Positions 8,136 to 16,531 of a stretch of DNA of 31,440 nucleotides are shown one piece after another (within the stretch, counting starts at the first letter, position 1; each line of letters starts with the position of its first letter). The stretch covers positions 1-31,440 of the IMG/VR virus record IMGVR_UViG_3300016472_001021; one strand, 5' to 3'. A model generated the notes under the pieces. The model had not been told where the DNA came from. It made no database searches and saw only the letters and a program-made list of their open reading frames with translations. Made by a program: the position numbers and the translations under genes. This stretch comes from a virus. Lineage: Duplodnaviria; Caudoviricetes.

Positions 8136-10988
8136 ATGTCGAAATCTAAATTAAAAATCTTAATGTGTTCAGAGGCTAGTTTTATTAATTCTGGCTTTGG
8201 TAAATATGCTTATGAATTTTTATCAAGACTTCACAAAACTGGTAAATATGAAATTGCTGAATTTGCTTCTTATGGTTTTGTAAATGATCCCAGAGATAAA
8301 AATATACAATGGAAATATTATGCCAATGCTGTTAAAGAAAATGATCCTAGATATAAGGAATATATGTCACGAACCGATAATCAATTCGGTAGATGGAGAT
8401 TTGAAAAAGTATTACTAGATTTTAAGCCTGATGTTGTTTGCGACGTAAGAGACTATTGGATGACTCACTATCAACCAGTCTCCCCATTAAGATCATATTT
8501 TCAGCATATATTAATGCCAACTGTTGATTCTGCTCCTCAGCAAGAAGAGTGGATAGATACTTTCTTATCAGCTGATGCTATTTTTACATATAGTGACTGG
8601 GGAGCAGAAGTATTAAAAAATCAAAGCAATGGAGCTATCAATTATATAGACACTACAACACCAGGAGTTAATCTAGATATTTTTTCTATGAAAGATCAAA
8701 AATCATTAAGAGAAAAATTTAATATTGATCCTAATGCTTTTGTTTTTGGTTCTGTGATGAGAAACCAGAAAAGAAAACTAATTCCCGAATTATTCTCTAG
8801 CTTAAAACAGCTACTATCTCATTTATCTCAACAAAATAATCCTCCAAAAGTATATTTGTATATGCATACCACATATCCTGATATGGGTTGGGATATTCCA
8901 GAATTACTAAATCAATACGAAGTAGCAAATCATGTTTTATTCACCTATTTATGCAAACAATGTGGTAATATTGAAAGTACTACATTTTGTGGGCCTCAAA
9001 AAATTTGTTCTAAATGTTTAAATAAATCTTCCTCTTTTCCATCTGTCTCCCAAGGAGTATCAGAAGATCAACTAAGTGATATATATAATTTGTTTGATCT
9101 ATACGTACAATATGCTATTTGTTTAGGGAAAGACGAGCAAATAAAAATAAAACGAGATGAAAAGACTCAATGGATTCCAATATCCCAAGTAAAGACAGGA
9201 GATGAAGCGTGGACCCACAAGAATAGGTGGCGAAAAGTATCTCATGTATGGAAAAATTTAGCCAAAAGTCATAATAAAAAAATCTTAGAACTATCTGTAC
9301 ACGGAGACTATGAAAAATTAATAGCCACAGAAAATCATGAATTTCTAGCATATACATCTAATGAACTCAAAATTAAACATAGATCAGTAAGAGAAAATAT
9401 AGGATATTATCTATTCAATAAGAGAGAATTACCAACTTATGGAAAATATGAGCTAAAAGACTTAAGGGCGGGAGATATGGTACTTTATCCTATAGATGAT
9501 ACTGTTATAAATATTGATTCCATCGATATTGCTCAAGAAATTGATTGTTCGGACTATCTTGTATTAGACTCTTTTATAGAAACATCTAAAACATATAGTT
9601 ATCCTAGATTTATTGATATTGATAATCGTTTTTGTAAATTTATGGGATTATTTGCTGCTGATGGATCTTGGGGATTTCGTCCCGGATGCAAACATATTCA
9701 AATAACATCTCATATAAAAGAAGCCGAGAATCAAACTCTTGCGTTTGATTGTATGGCTCAAATAGGATCAAACAATAATACTGTTTCTAATAGGATATAC
9801 AAAGATAGGCTAGGTGTAGATACTATACTAAGCTCTAAACTACACTCTCAATTATTTGCTAAATGGTTTTCTAAGCACGAACACAAACAACTACCAGACT
9901 GGTGTTTATATCTACCATTAGAAAAACAAAAACAAATTTTGATCGGCATGTTTATGGGGGATGGCCACTATTGCAAAGGAAAAAATTATTCTCAAATTAG
10001 TACAATTTCTAAACCATTAGCAGATCAAATAAAACATATCCTAAGAAGACTAAGAATCCCGTTTTCTGTATCAAAAATTATTAGAATAAAACATAAAACA
10101 CAAGATCAGAAAAACAGAAAAGATTGCTATTCTTTTGAAATCTATGGATGTAATATTAAAAATGGAGATATTATAAATAAAAGAAACGGATCGTATAATG
10201 TATATTATAAAAATAATCATATAATACAAATAAAGAACATTGTCGAATCAGACTATAATGATGATGTGTGGTGCTTAACTGTAGACGATGACCATACTAT
10301 GACTACAAAAATAGGAGCTACTTTTCAGTGCGAGGGTCTAGGAATCCCCCAGGTAGAAGCAGGGGCTTGTGGAATTCCAATAGCAACAGTGAACTATAGT
10401 GCTATGATAGATATTATTAATAAATTACAAGCTTTTCCTATTAGGGTTCAAACCTATTTTAAAGAACTGGAAACAAAAGCTATAAGAGTCTATCCTGATA
10501 ATAATGATCTAATAAGAATAATACTTGAACAAATAAGTAAACCACTATCTATCAGAAATCAAGAAAAATACCGAACACGACAATTAACTGAACAAAATTA
10601 TGATTGGAATATTATTATTAAAAAATGGGAAAAGTATTTTGATAGTTTAGAATTTAGAGCCGACTGGAACAAACCATTACCAATAATGTCTCAAGCATTA
10701 AAAAAAGATAATGTAGACAATTTATCTGTATTAATAGATTTGTGTAACAATAATCTAAAAAATGCAGACTTATTATCTTCTTCCAGGTTTTTGGGATTAT
10801 TACAAAATGCCGATTACGGATTTTCTTATCTTGGACCAACTCAAATATCAGCAGAATCAATCGATAATCTTTACCAATATATTAATGTTATGATAGATAA
10901 TAATAATAAATCCGAACAAGCAAGAAAAAATACTACTGTTTTTGAAGAAGACTTTATACAATACGCCCATTTAAAAAATAATACATGA
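8136..10988 (+). CDS. GT-B (GT4-like) glycosyltransferase containing an intein (spliced product ~547 aa)
   Basis: N-terminal KILMCSE...SGFGKY; VMRNQKRK; LYMHT..PDMGWDI. Removing residues 329-731 restores YNLFDLYVQYAI-CEGLGIPQVEAGACGIP (GT4 E-x7-E motif); C-terminal YDW...W. Confidence 0.88.
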   Translation: MSKSKLKILMCSEASFINSGFGKYAYEFLSRLHKTGKYEIAEFASYGFVNDPRDKNIQWKYYANAVKENDPRYKEYMSRTDNQFGRWRFEKVLLDFKPDVVCDVRDYWMTHYQPVSPLRSYFQHILMPTVDSAPQQEEWIDTFLSADAIFTYSDWGAEVLKNQSNGAINYIDTTTPGVNLDIFSMKDQKSLREKFNIDPNAFVFGSVMRNQKRKLIPELFSSLKQLLSHLSQQNNPPKVYLYMHTTYPDMGWDIPELLNQYEVANHVLFTYLCKQCGNIESTTFCGPQKICSKCLNKSSSFPSVSQGVSEDQLSDIYNLFDLYVQYAICLGKDEQIKIKRDEKTQWIPISQVKTGDEAWTHKNRWRKVSHVWKNLAKSHNKKILELSVHGDYEKLIATENHEFLAYTSNELKIKHRSVRENIGYYLFNKRELPTYGKYELKDLRAGDMVLYPIDDTVINIDSIDIAQEIDCSDYLVLDSFIETSKTYSYPRFIDIDNRFCKFMGLFAADGSWGFRPGCKHIQITSHIKEAENQTLAFDCMAQIGSNNNTVSNRIYKDRLGVDTILSSKLHSQLFAKWFSKHEHKQLPDWCLYLPLEKQKQILIGMFMGDGHYCKGKNYSQISTISKPLADQIKHILRRLRIPFSVSKIIRIKHKTQDQKNRKDCYSFEIYGCNIKNGDIINKRNGSYNVYYKNNHIIQIKNIVESDYNDDVWCLTVDDDHTMTTKIGATFQCEGLGIPQVEAGACGIPIATVNYSAMIDIINKLQAFPIRVQTYFKELETKAIRVYPDNNDLIRIILEQISKPLSIRNQEKYRTRQLTEQNYDWNIIIKKWEKYFDSLEFRADWNKPLPIMSQALKKDNVDNLSVLIDLCNNNLKNADLLSSSRFLGLLQNADYGFSYLGPTQISAESIDNLYQYINVMIDNNNKSEQARKNTTVFEEDFIQYAHLKNNT
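9120..10328 (+). mobile_element. Intein with LAGLIDADG homing endonuclease (403 aa, Cys1...Phe-Gln / Cys+1)
   Basis: Block A CLGKDEQI...ISQVKTGD; block B ATENHEF; LAGLIDADG blocks FMGLFAADG and LIGMFMGDG; STISKPLADQIKHILRRL; block F VWCLTVDDDHT; block G GATFQ followed by C. Confidence 0.9.
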
Positions 10989-11947
10989 ATATTTTATATG
11001 TAGGTCCGTACAGACAAAATAATAGCGATGGATATTTGTCTCTTAATTTATTATTAGATTGTTACGAATATCATACAAAAATAGTATCTAGACCAATATT
11101 TAATTCTAATAATTTCATTAAATTAGAAAATATAGAGAAACTATTATCTAAGATAGAAAATAATCATATTACTCATTTTGATGTTATTATACAGCATTTG
11201 GATATTGATAGTTTTGTATATACCTCTAAAATATCAAAATATATTTTTATTCCAATATTAGATAATAAAAAAATATCTTTTATTCAAAAACAAAAACTTT
11301 TATTCTTGGAAAATAAAGGACTAATTATTTCTTGTGATCAAATATCATCTTATATTTTAGAAACAGAATCCATAAAACATCAACAGATCGATACTAATAT
11401 TAATTCTAGATTATTATTAAATAGTACGGGATCTTTTAACTTTGGATTATATAATAGATATAAAAAATATTATTCAATTATAAATAGCGATAATGAAAAT
11501 GATATTAAAAAATTAATAATAAATTTTATTCAATATCACAAAAACGATACAAAATGTTTAATATTATTTATGACTAATGTTTCTCAAGCTATTCTAGATA
11601 AATACAACTCATATATTAAAAATATATACAAAACTTTAAAAATTAATTATAGCATTAATAAAATAATAATAGCTCCCGTAGAATTAAATCATGAAATCCT
11701 TTGTGCTATCCACAACTCTGGAGATATATTCTTGGACATGCAAAAGAATATTCTGACATCTTATGCAGAATGTTATAAAAAAAATATCTATTACAGCAAT
11801 AATGATTTTTATTATTCTTACGATATTAATAACTTAAACGAACATCCTACTGTTGAGTACAATAAAAATTTTGATTGGTCGCAAAATATAAATACTAAAA
11901 GCAACAAAACATATCCTTTATCTAAAATATTAACCAATCATGTTTAA
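10985..11947 (+). CDS. Hypothetical protein, degenerate GT-B glycosyltransferase-like
   Basis: Starts MNILYVGPYRQxxxDGY like GT4 N-termini; DVIIQH; IHNSGDIFLD lies where GT4 has its pre-catalytic strand, but no E-x7-E follows. ATGA-coupled. Confidence 0.5.
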   Translation: MNILYVGPYRQNNSDGYLSLNLLLDCYEYHTKIVSRPIFNSNNFIKLENIEKLLSKIENNHITHFDVIIQHLDIDSFVYTSKISKYIFIPILDNKKISFIQKQKLLFLENKGLIISCDQISSYILETESIKHQQIDTNINSRLLLNSTGSFNFGLYNRYKKYYSIINSDNENDIKKLIINFIQYHKNDTKCLILFMTNVSQAILDKYNSYIKNIYKTLKINYSINKIIIAPVELNHEILCAIHNSGDIFLDMQKNILTSYAECYKKNIYYSNNDFYYSYDINNLNEHPTVEYNKNFDWSQNINTKSNKTYPLSKILTNHV

Positions 11948-12779
11948 TGCTAAAAGCGCTTCTAATATTATTCATAATACTTTAGGAAACAACTCTATAT
12001 TAGCAGAGTGTTCGAAAAATTTATTTTATAGTTTATTGCAAACTAGTAGTGGCTATTCTTTAATAGAAAACACTAAACAGCCTTTTATAGCTGCTATTTA
12101 TGATAATCCTATATCTTTATCTCAACAAATTCAAAATATCAATATAAATTATCATGTAAATGCTATTGTTTTTATTCACTCTAGGGCTCCAGATCCATTA
12201 AAAAAAGAAGACAAATATATATTGTCCGAAAAACTAAATAGTGTTACAAAGATTTTTTTCTCAAAAGAAATACAAGACTCATGGTCTTTAAAAAATAATA
12301 TATATTTAATTCCTTATGGAGTAAAGTTATTAAATACAGAAAAAACAAAAAATATCTTACTGATTAATACTAGTAAAAATTCTAATATAGATAAATTGTA
12401 TGCTTATACTAAAAATATTTATAATGATTGTGATATTTTATATGATATAATAGATTATGATCTGATGATTGATTATATTAGTCAATATAAAATTGTAATA
12501 TCATTAGAAAATACTTATGATTCTTTGGTTGGTGCTGCTAGTGGTTGTTATGTGATATCTAACAATTTAAAAGATAATAATTTGCCTAGTGTTATATATT
12601 TGAATAATTTTACAACTATTGTTCATACAATACAAAGTATTTTAAATTTTAAGAATGATAATTCAATAGAAATATCTAAATCTTATATACAAGAAAACTA
12701 TCCTATTAATAAATTTTATGCTTCTATAAAAGATATATTTCTCAACTCTAACAATAAAGTTTTTACTTATGCGACGTAA
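11940..12779 (+). CDS. Hypothetical protein, degenerate glycosyltransferase-like
   Basis: IFFSKEIQDSW, IPYGV and ISQYKIVISL...LVGAASGCYVIS resemble the GT4 pattern IPxGV and EAMAxGxxVI but lack the Glu. Confidence 0.5.
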   Translation: MFNAKSASNIIHNTLGNNSILAECSKNLFYSLLQTSSGYSLIENTKQPFIAAIYDNPISLSQQIQNININYHVNAIVFIHSRAPDPLKKEDKYILSEKLNSVTKIFFSKEIQDSWSLKNNIYLIPYGVKLLNTEKTKNILLINTSKNSNIDKLYAYTKNIYNDCDILYDIIDYDLMIDYISQYKIVISLENTYDSLVGAASGCYVISNNLKDNNLPSVIYLNNFTTIVHTIQSILNFKNDNSIEISKSYIQENYPINKFYASIKDIFLNSNNKVFTYAT

Positions 12780-13176
12780 TATCACAATAACAACAAATCC
12801 AGATAATTTACAACAAAACAATATTTTTATCAATCAGATACCATCTATAGTTAATTATTCTTGTGATAATATTTTTATAGACTGTTTAGAACATATACAA
12901 GAAAAAGATCTAGCATCTATAATTACTATTTTATTAGAAAAAATTAGACCCCAAGGTAAATTAATAATATCTATAAATAATGTTGATAGTATCATAGATA
13001 AATTTTCTAAAAGATCAATATCTCATAATGAATTTTTATTATTTTTTGCTAATAAACAGAATCTAATATCTGTTGAAAATATCTATACATTAATAGATTT
13101 TCAGTCTTTTGATATATTAGACATAAAATATGAAGATAATTCTATTACAATTATTATAGAAAGAAAACAGAAATGA
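12769..13176 (+). CDS. Hypothetical protein resembling the C-terminal half of a class I SAM methyltransferase
   Basis: CDNIFIDCLEHI...LLEKIRPQGKLII matches the D.I....LEH...LKPGG.L.I pattern; no Gly-rich motif I. Confidence 0.5.
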   Translation: MRRNITITTNPDNLQQNNIFINQIPSIVNYSCDNIFIDCLEHIQEKDLASIITILLEKIRPQGKLIISINNVDSIIDKFSKRSISHNEFLLFFANKQNLISVENIYTLIDFQSFDILDIKYEDNSITIIIERKQK

Positions 13177-13916
13177 AAAATACTATTTGTAAAGGCTGTT
13201 ATTTTGCCAATCCTATAAATAGTGATAGATCTTGTTATTTTAATATTCCTAATATAATAAAAGATTTTCATTCTATAGACTCTACCGAAGAATATTTTAA
13301 AATTAATAATTATTCTTGTAGATATGGATTTAGTAAAAAAAGTTACGAAGAAAATATAGATAAATTTATCAATATAAATGTATTAGATGTGGAAAGTTTT
13401 GCCGCGTATATAAAACAACAGAATATAGTACAATACTCTTTGGCACTAATAGTAAAAAACTATAATTCTGAAAAAATACTAAAACTTTATAATCAATTAT
13501 CTATTTTGCCGTATTATATTACTATTATTAGTTATAATAATTCTAAAAAATTACATCAAGATTTTTCAAATAACCAACCATATAAACCATATAAGGTACA
13601 TCATTTTTTAGACACAGACATATCTGAAGCAAAGGCTCTTCATATAGCTTTAGAAACCAACAAAACCAAAATAGGCGATCTGTTGTGGATTTTAACAGAA
13701 ACTGGTCTAGAACAATGCGTAGCTAATGATAGTATTCAAAATATTAACTATATGATTAATGTGGAACAAAAACCAACACATTATTATAAATCATCAAATA
13801 TAAATTCTCAATTAGATGGTATTTTTATTAATTCTAATAACTATTGGTCTTTATCAAAAACTATAAACTATGAAATAGAAAATAATGAACGCGCTATAGT
13901 ACAGTATTATGATTAA
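13173..13916 (+). CDS. Hypothetical protein with N-terminal Cys cluster
   Basis: 247-aa ORF, ATGA-coupled; CKGC...C...C in the first 50 aa; no family recognised. Confidence 0.6.
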   Translation: MKNTICKGCYFANPINSDRSCYFNIPNIIKDFHSIDSTEEYFKINNYSCRYGFSKKSYEENIDKFININVLDVESFAAYIKQQNIVQYSLALIVKNYNSEKILKLYNQLSILPYYITIISYNNSKKLHQDFSNNQPYKPYKVHHFLDTDISEAKALHIALETNKTKIGDLLWILTETGLEQCVANDSIQNINYMINVEQKPTHYYKSSNINSQLDGIFINSNNYWSLSKTINYEIENNERAIVQYYD

Positions 13917-14574
13917 TATATTATCAATTAGTCCAGAAATCACCAAAGGTATGAAAAGTGTCGGTTCTAAATTGTTATTACCATTAAGAAAAAATCTAAC
14001 AGTAATAGAGTATCAAATTTCACAATTACAAAAAATTAAACCATCTAAAATAGTACTAAACATAGGATTTGAAGCAGATAAAATTGCTGATGTTCTTTTT
14101 AGATATAAAACCATTGATTATTTAATAAATAAAGATTATGATAACTCTAATTGTGGTGAAAATCTAATAACCTATCTGCATAAATATAAGCCTGAAAATT
14201 TATTAGTTTTTGGTAGCGGATTACTTATAAGAAATCATCCTATTAAAAAAGAATATCTTAATAATGAATGTCAAATTTTTATCTTAAATAAATCAAAAAA
14301 AAATTTTAATATAGGATGTTCAGACTTGGACGATATACAATATTTGTTTTATGATATGTTAGAATCTTGGTCAGAAATATTCTATTTAAACAATGAAGCT
14401 ATCAACATATTGCTAAATATAGATAAAAAAATATTTAAACATATGTATTTATTTGAGATTATTAATTTGTTACTAAAAAATAATATCAAATTTAAAAAAA
14501 CATATATTAATAAAAATAATATTATGAAAATTCAAAATCTAAAAGATTTAAAAACAGCAAAAATATTTATATGA
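13909..14574 (+). CDS. Sugar-phosphate/choline-phosphate nucleotidyltransferase-like protein (degenerate)
   Basis: MKSVGSKLLLPL...VIEYQI, IVLNIGFEADKI, INKDYDNSN and LLVFGS align with NTP-transferase/LicC-type motifs, but AAGxGxR is replaced by SPEITKG and GD by GS. Confidence 0.6.
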   Translation: MINILSISPEITKGMKSVGSKLLLPLRKNLTVIEYQISQLQKIKPSKIVLNIGFEADKIADVLFRYKTIDYLINKDYDNSNCGENLITYLHKYKPENLLVFGSGLLIRNHPIKKEYLNNECQIFILNKSKKNFNIGCSDLDDIQYLFYDMLESWSEIFYLNNEAINILLNIDKKIFKHMYLFEIINLLLKNNIKFKKTYINKNNIMKIQNLKDLKTAKIFI

Positions 14575-15296
14575 AAAAATTATTAGTCGAATATATTGAT
14601 GATAAATTTATTAATAACATAGCTTTATCTTTAACTCCTTTTTGTGATAAGCTTGTTACAAATCTACAATCACAACTATATAAATTATACTATGAATATA
14701 ATTGTTCTGATATTATTTTCATTGATATTTTTTTATCAGATGAGAAGTATCAATTTATAGAAGAATTTGGAAAAAAAATTAATATTTATATATATATTAC
14801 TGATAAAGATAGTTTTATTAATAAAGATATAAAATCTGAATATATAGCAGCATTAATTTGTAAAGAAAAATTTAATACTAATCATAAACTAATAACTTTG
14901 CCAGTAATGGTAAATAATGCAATTTTCAATAAAAATAATACCTCAAATAAAAATAATGATATAATTTGTTTTATAGAAAATATTCAATCTTTACCACAAG
15001 AACTTAGTAAGTTTCTTTATCCATCTACTACCTTACCAATAAAAATGTTTAATAACAATAATATTATTCATCCTCAGAATTTGGGACTATTATCGGAAAT
15101 TGATAAAGCCAAATTATTACAACAATCAAAATATTATTTAGCTATTACCGAGGATTATATACCAGAAGCTTGGAGTTGCAAATGTTGTGTTTTATCTACT
15201 GATGATCTAGACAGCTTAAAACCAACAAAATTTAAATATTCGTCTTCTTTTCAATCATATAGTAATTTTTTAAAAGGCTTATTAAGTGAAAAATAA
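14571..15296 (+). CDS. Hypothetical protein, glycosyltransferase-like C-terminal domain
   Basis: NLGLLSEIDKAKLLQQSKYYL....YIPEAWSCKC resembles the GT4 nucleotide-sugar-binding domain (G.L...L..L...EA..CG). Confidence 0.5.
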   Translation: MKKLLVEYIDDKFINNIALSLTPFCDKLVTNLQSQLYKLYYEYNCSDIIFIDIFLSDEKYQFIEEFGKKINIYIYITDKDSFINKDIKSEYIAALICKEKFNTNHKLITLPVMVNNAIFNKNNTSNKNNDIICFIENIQSLPQELSKFLYPSTTLPIKMFNNNNIIHPQNLGLLSEIDKAKLLQQSKYYLAITEDYIPEAWSCKCCVLSTDDLDSLKPTKFKYSSSFQSYSNFLKGLLSEK

Positions 15297-15744
15297 TAAT
15301 TTAGGATTTATATTGCTAAATATTGAAAATAATGAAATTTATATTAAGCTATTACAACATATAGCCCAGCTTATTAAAAATAATCCTTATGCTAATATAG
15401 TAGTGTTTACTAATAATTCTAATATTATTTCTTCATATAATGTTCCATTATTACACTTAAATCATGCTAAATTTTTTAATGGAAATTTATGGTTATTTGA
15501 TATTGTGAGTGTTATTTTAACTCAAAAATTTACTAATTTTGATAAAAGAATATTTTATGTAAATGATATGCCTTGGATTAAAAATAGAAATAATAGTTAT
15601 AATGAATGGAGTAAAATATATCATAGTAATATAGATTTTGTATGTTCTAATCAATATTTATATGACATATATAATATATGCTGGAAAAAACCTTTAGGTA
15701 TTATGGAAAGTTTCGATCATGAAAAAATACAATCTATCGTATGA
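15286..15744 (+). CDS. Hypothetical protein (possible GT-B N-domain fragment)
   Basis: GTG start overlapping the previous stop; RIFYVNDMPW and FVCSN; family call is weak. Confidence 0.55.
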   Translation: MKNNNLGFILLNIENNEIYIKLLQHIAQLIKNNPYANIVVFTNNSNIISSYNVPLLHLNHAKFFNGNLWLFDIVSVILTQKFTNFDKRIFYVNDMPWIKNRNNSYNEWSKIYHSNIDFVCSNQYLYDIYNICWKKPLGIMESFDHEKIQSIV

Positions 15745-16531
15745 TCAATTAACAGAGCAAAATAAAAAAGATCTAATAGAAGAATTATATTGTATTAATG
15801 GCAAAAGCTTTGCTGATATAGCAACTCTTTATGATACTTATCCTAATAGAATAAGAAGAGATGCTAAAAAATATAATATTAAAATACGAGATAAAAGCGA
15901 AGCACAAAAGAATGCTTTAAAAACAGGAAAACATTCTCATCCTACTAAAGGTAAAGAAAGATCTGAAGATACCAAACAAAAAATAGGATTATCTGTTCTT
16001 AACTCTTGGGAAAATTTAGATGATAATGAAATAAATAAAAGAAAATTAAAAGCTAAACAAAATTGGGAAAATTTAGATGATAATACTAAACAAAATATAT
16101 TAAAATCTGCCAATACAGCCGTTAGAGAATCTAGTAAAGTTGGATCAAAATTAGAAAAATATCTACATAAAAAACTATTAGCCGACGGATTCAAAGTAGA
16201 GTTTCACAAAGAACAAACTTTGCTCAACACTAAGTTGCAAATAGACCTTTTTGTGCCTACTATGAATTTGGCTATAGAGGTTGATGGTCCTTCTCATTGG
16301 GCTCCTGTGTGGGGTGAGGATTCTTTGAACAGAAATAAGAAATATGATAGTAAAAAAGAAGGATTAATTTTGGGCAAGGGTTGGAATTTGATAAGAATAA
16401 TACAAACCAAAGATTTTTCTGAAAGTAGAGCTTTATTGGTATATAATGAACTTCTTAGTTTTATAAAAACTCAAAATAGCAATCTACTAGCTGGACAACA
16501 AACATTTATTATAAAGGACCATGATGGCTAA
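15719..16531 (+). CDS. Free-standing endonuclease: HTH + NUMOD3-like motif + Vsr/DUF559-like nuclease domain
   Basis: KSFADIATLY...NRIRR (HTH); KGKERSEDTKQKIG (NUMOD3-like); SKLE...QIDLFVP..LAIEVDGPSHW...D..K...GWNLIRI (Vsr/DUF559/EDxHD-like). Confidence 0.75.
   Translation: MKKYNLSYDQLTEQNKKDLIEELYCINGKSFADIATLYDTYPNRIRRDAKKYNIKIRDKSEAQKNALKTGKHSHPTKGKERSEDTKQKIGLSVLNSWENLDDNEINKRKLKAKQNWENLDDNTKQNILKSANTAVRESSKVGSKLEKYLHKKLLADGFKVEFHKEQTLLNTKLQIDLFVPTMNLAIEVDGPSHWAPVWGEDSLNRNKKYDSKKEGLILGKGWNLIRIIQTKDFSESRALLVYNELLSFIKTQNSNLLAGQQTFIIKDHDG
16006..16084 (+). repeat. 22-bp exact direct repeat (TTGGGAAAATTTAGATGATAAT x2, 57-bp period)
   Basis: Copies at 16006-16027 and 16063-16084, each encoding WENLDDN. 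Confidence 0.9.
16235..16263 (+). promoter_or_regulatory. Possible internal sigma70 promoter upstream of the SSAP gene
   Basis: TTGCAA, 17-nt spacer, TACTAT, about 260 nt upstream of 16521; imperfect match in AT-rich DNA. Confidence 0.35.

Noticed and set aside
1027-16194. Short alternative-frame or antisense ORFs (1027, 1440, 3040, 3428, 5918, 9115, 10654, 15937)
   Set aside because: They lie within or across well-supported genes and show no recognisable motifs; treated as shadow ORFs.
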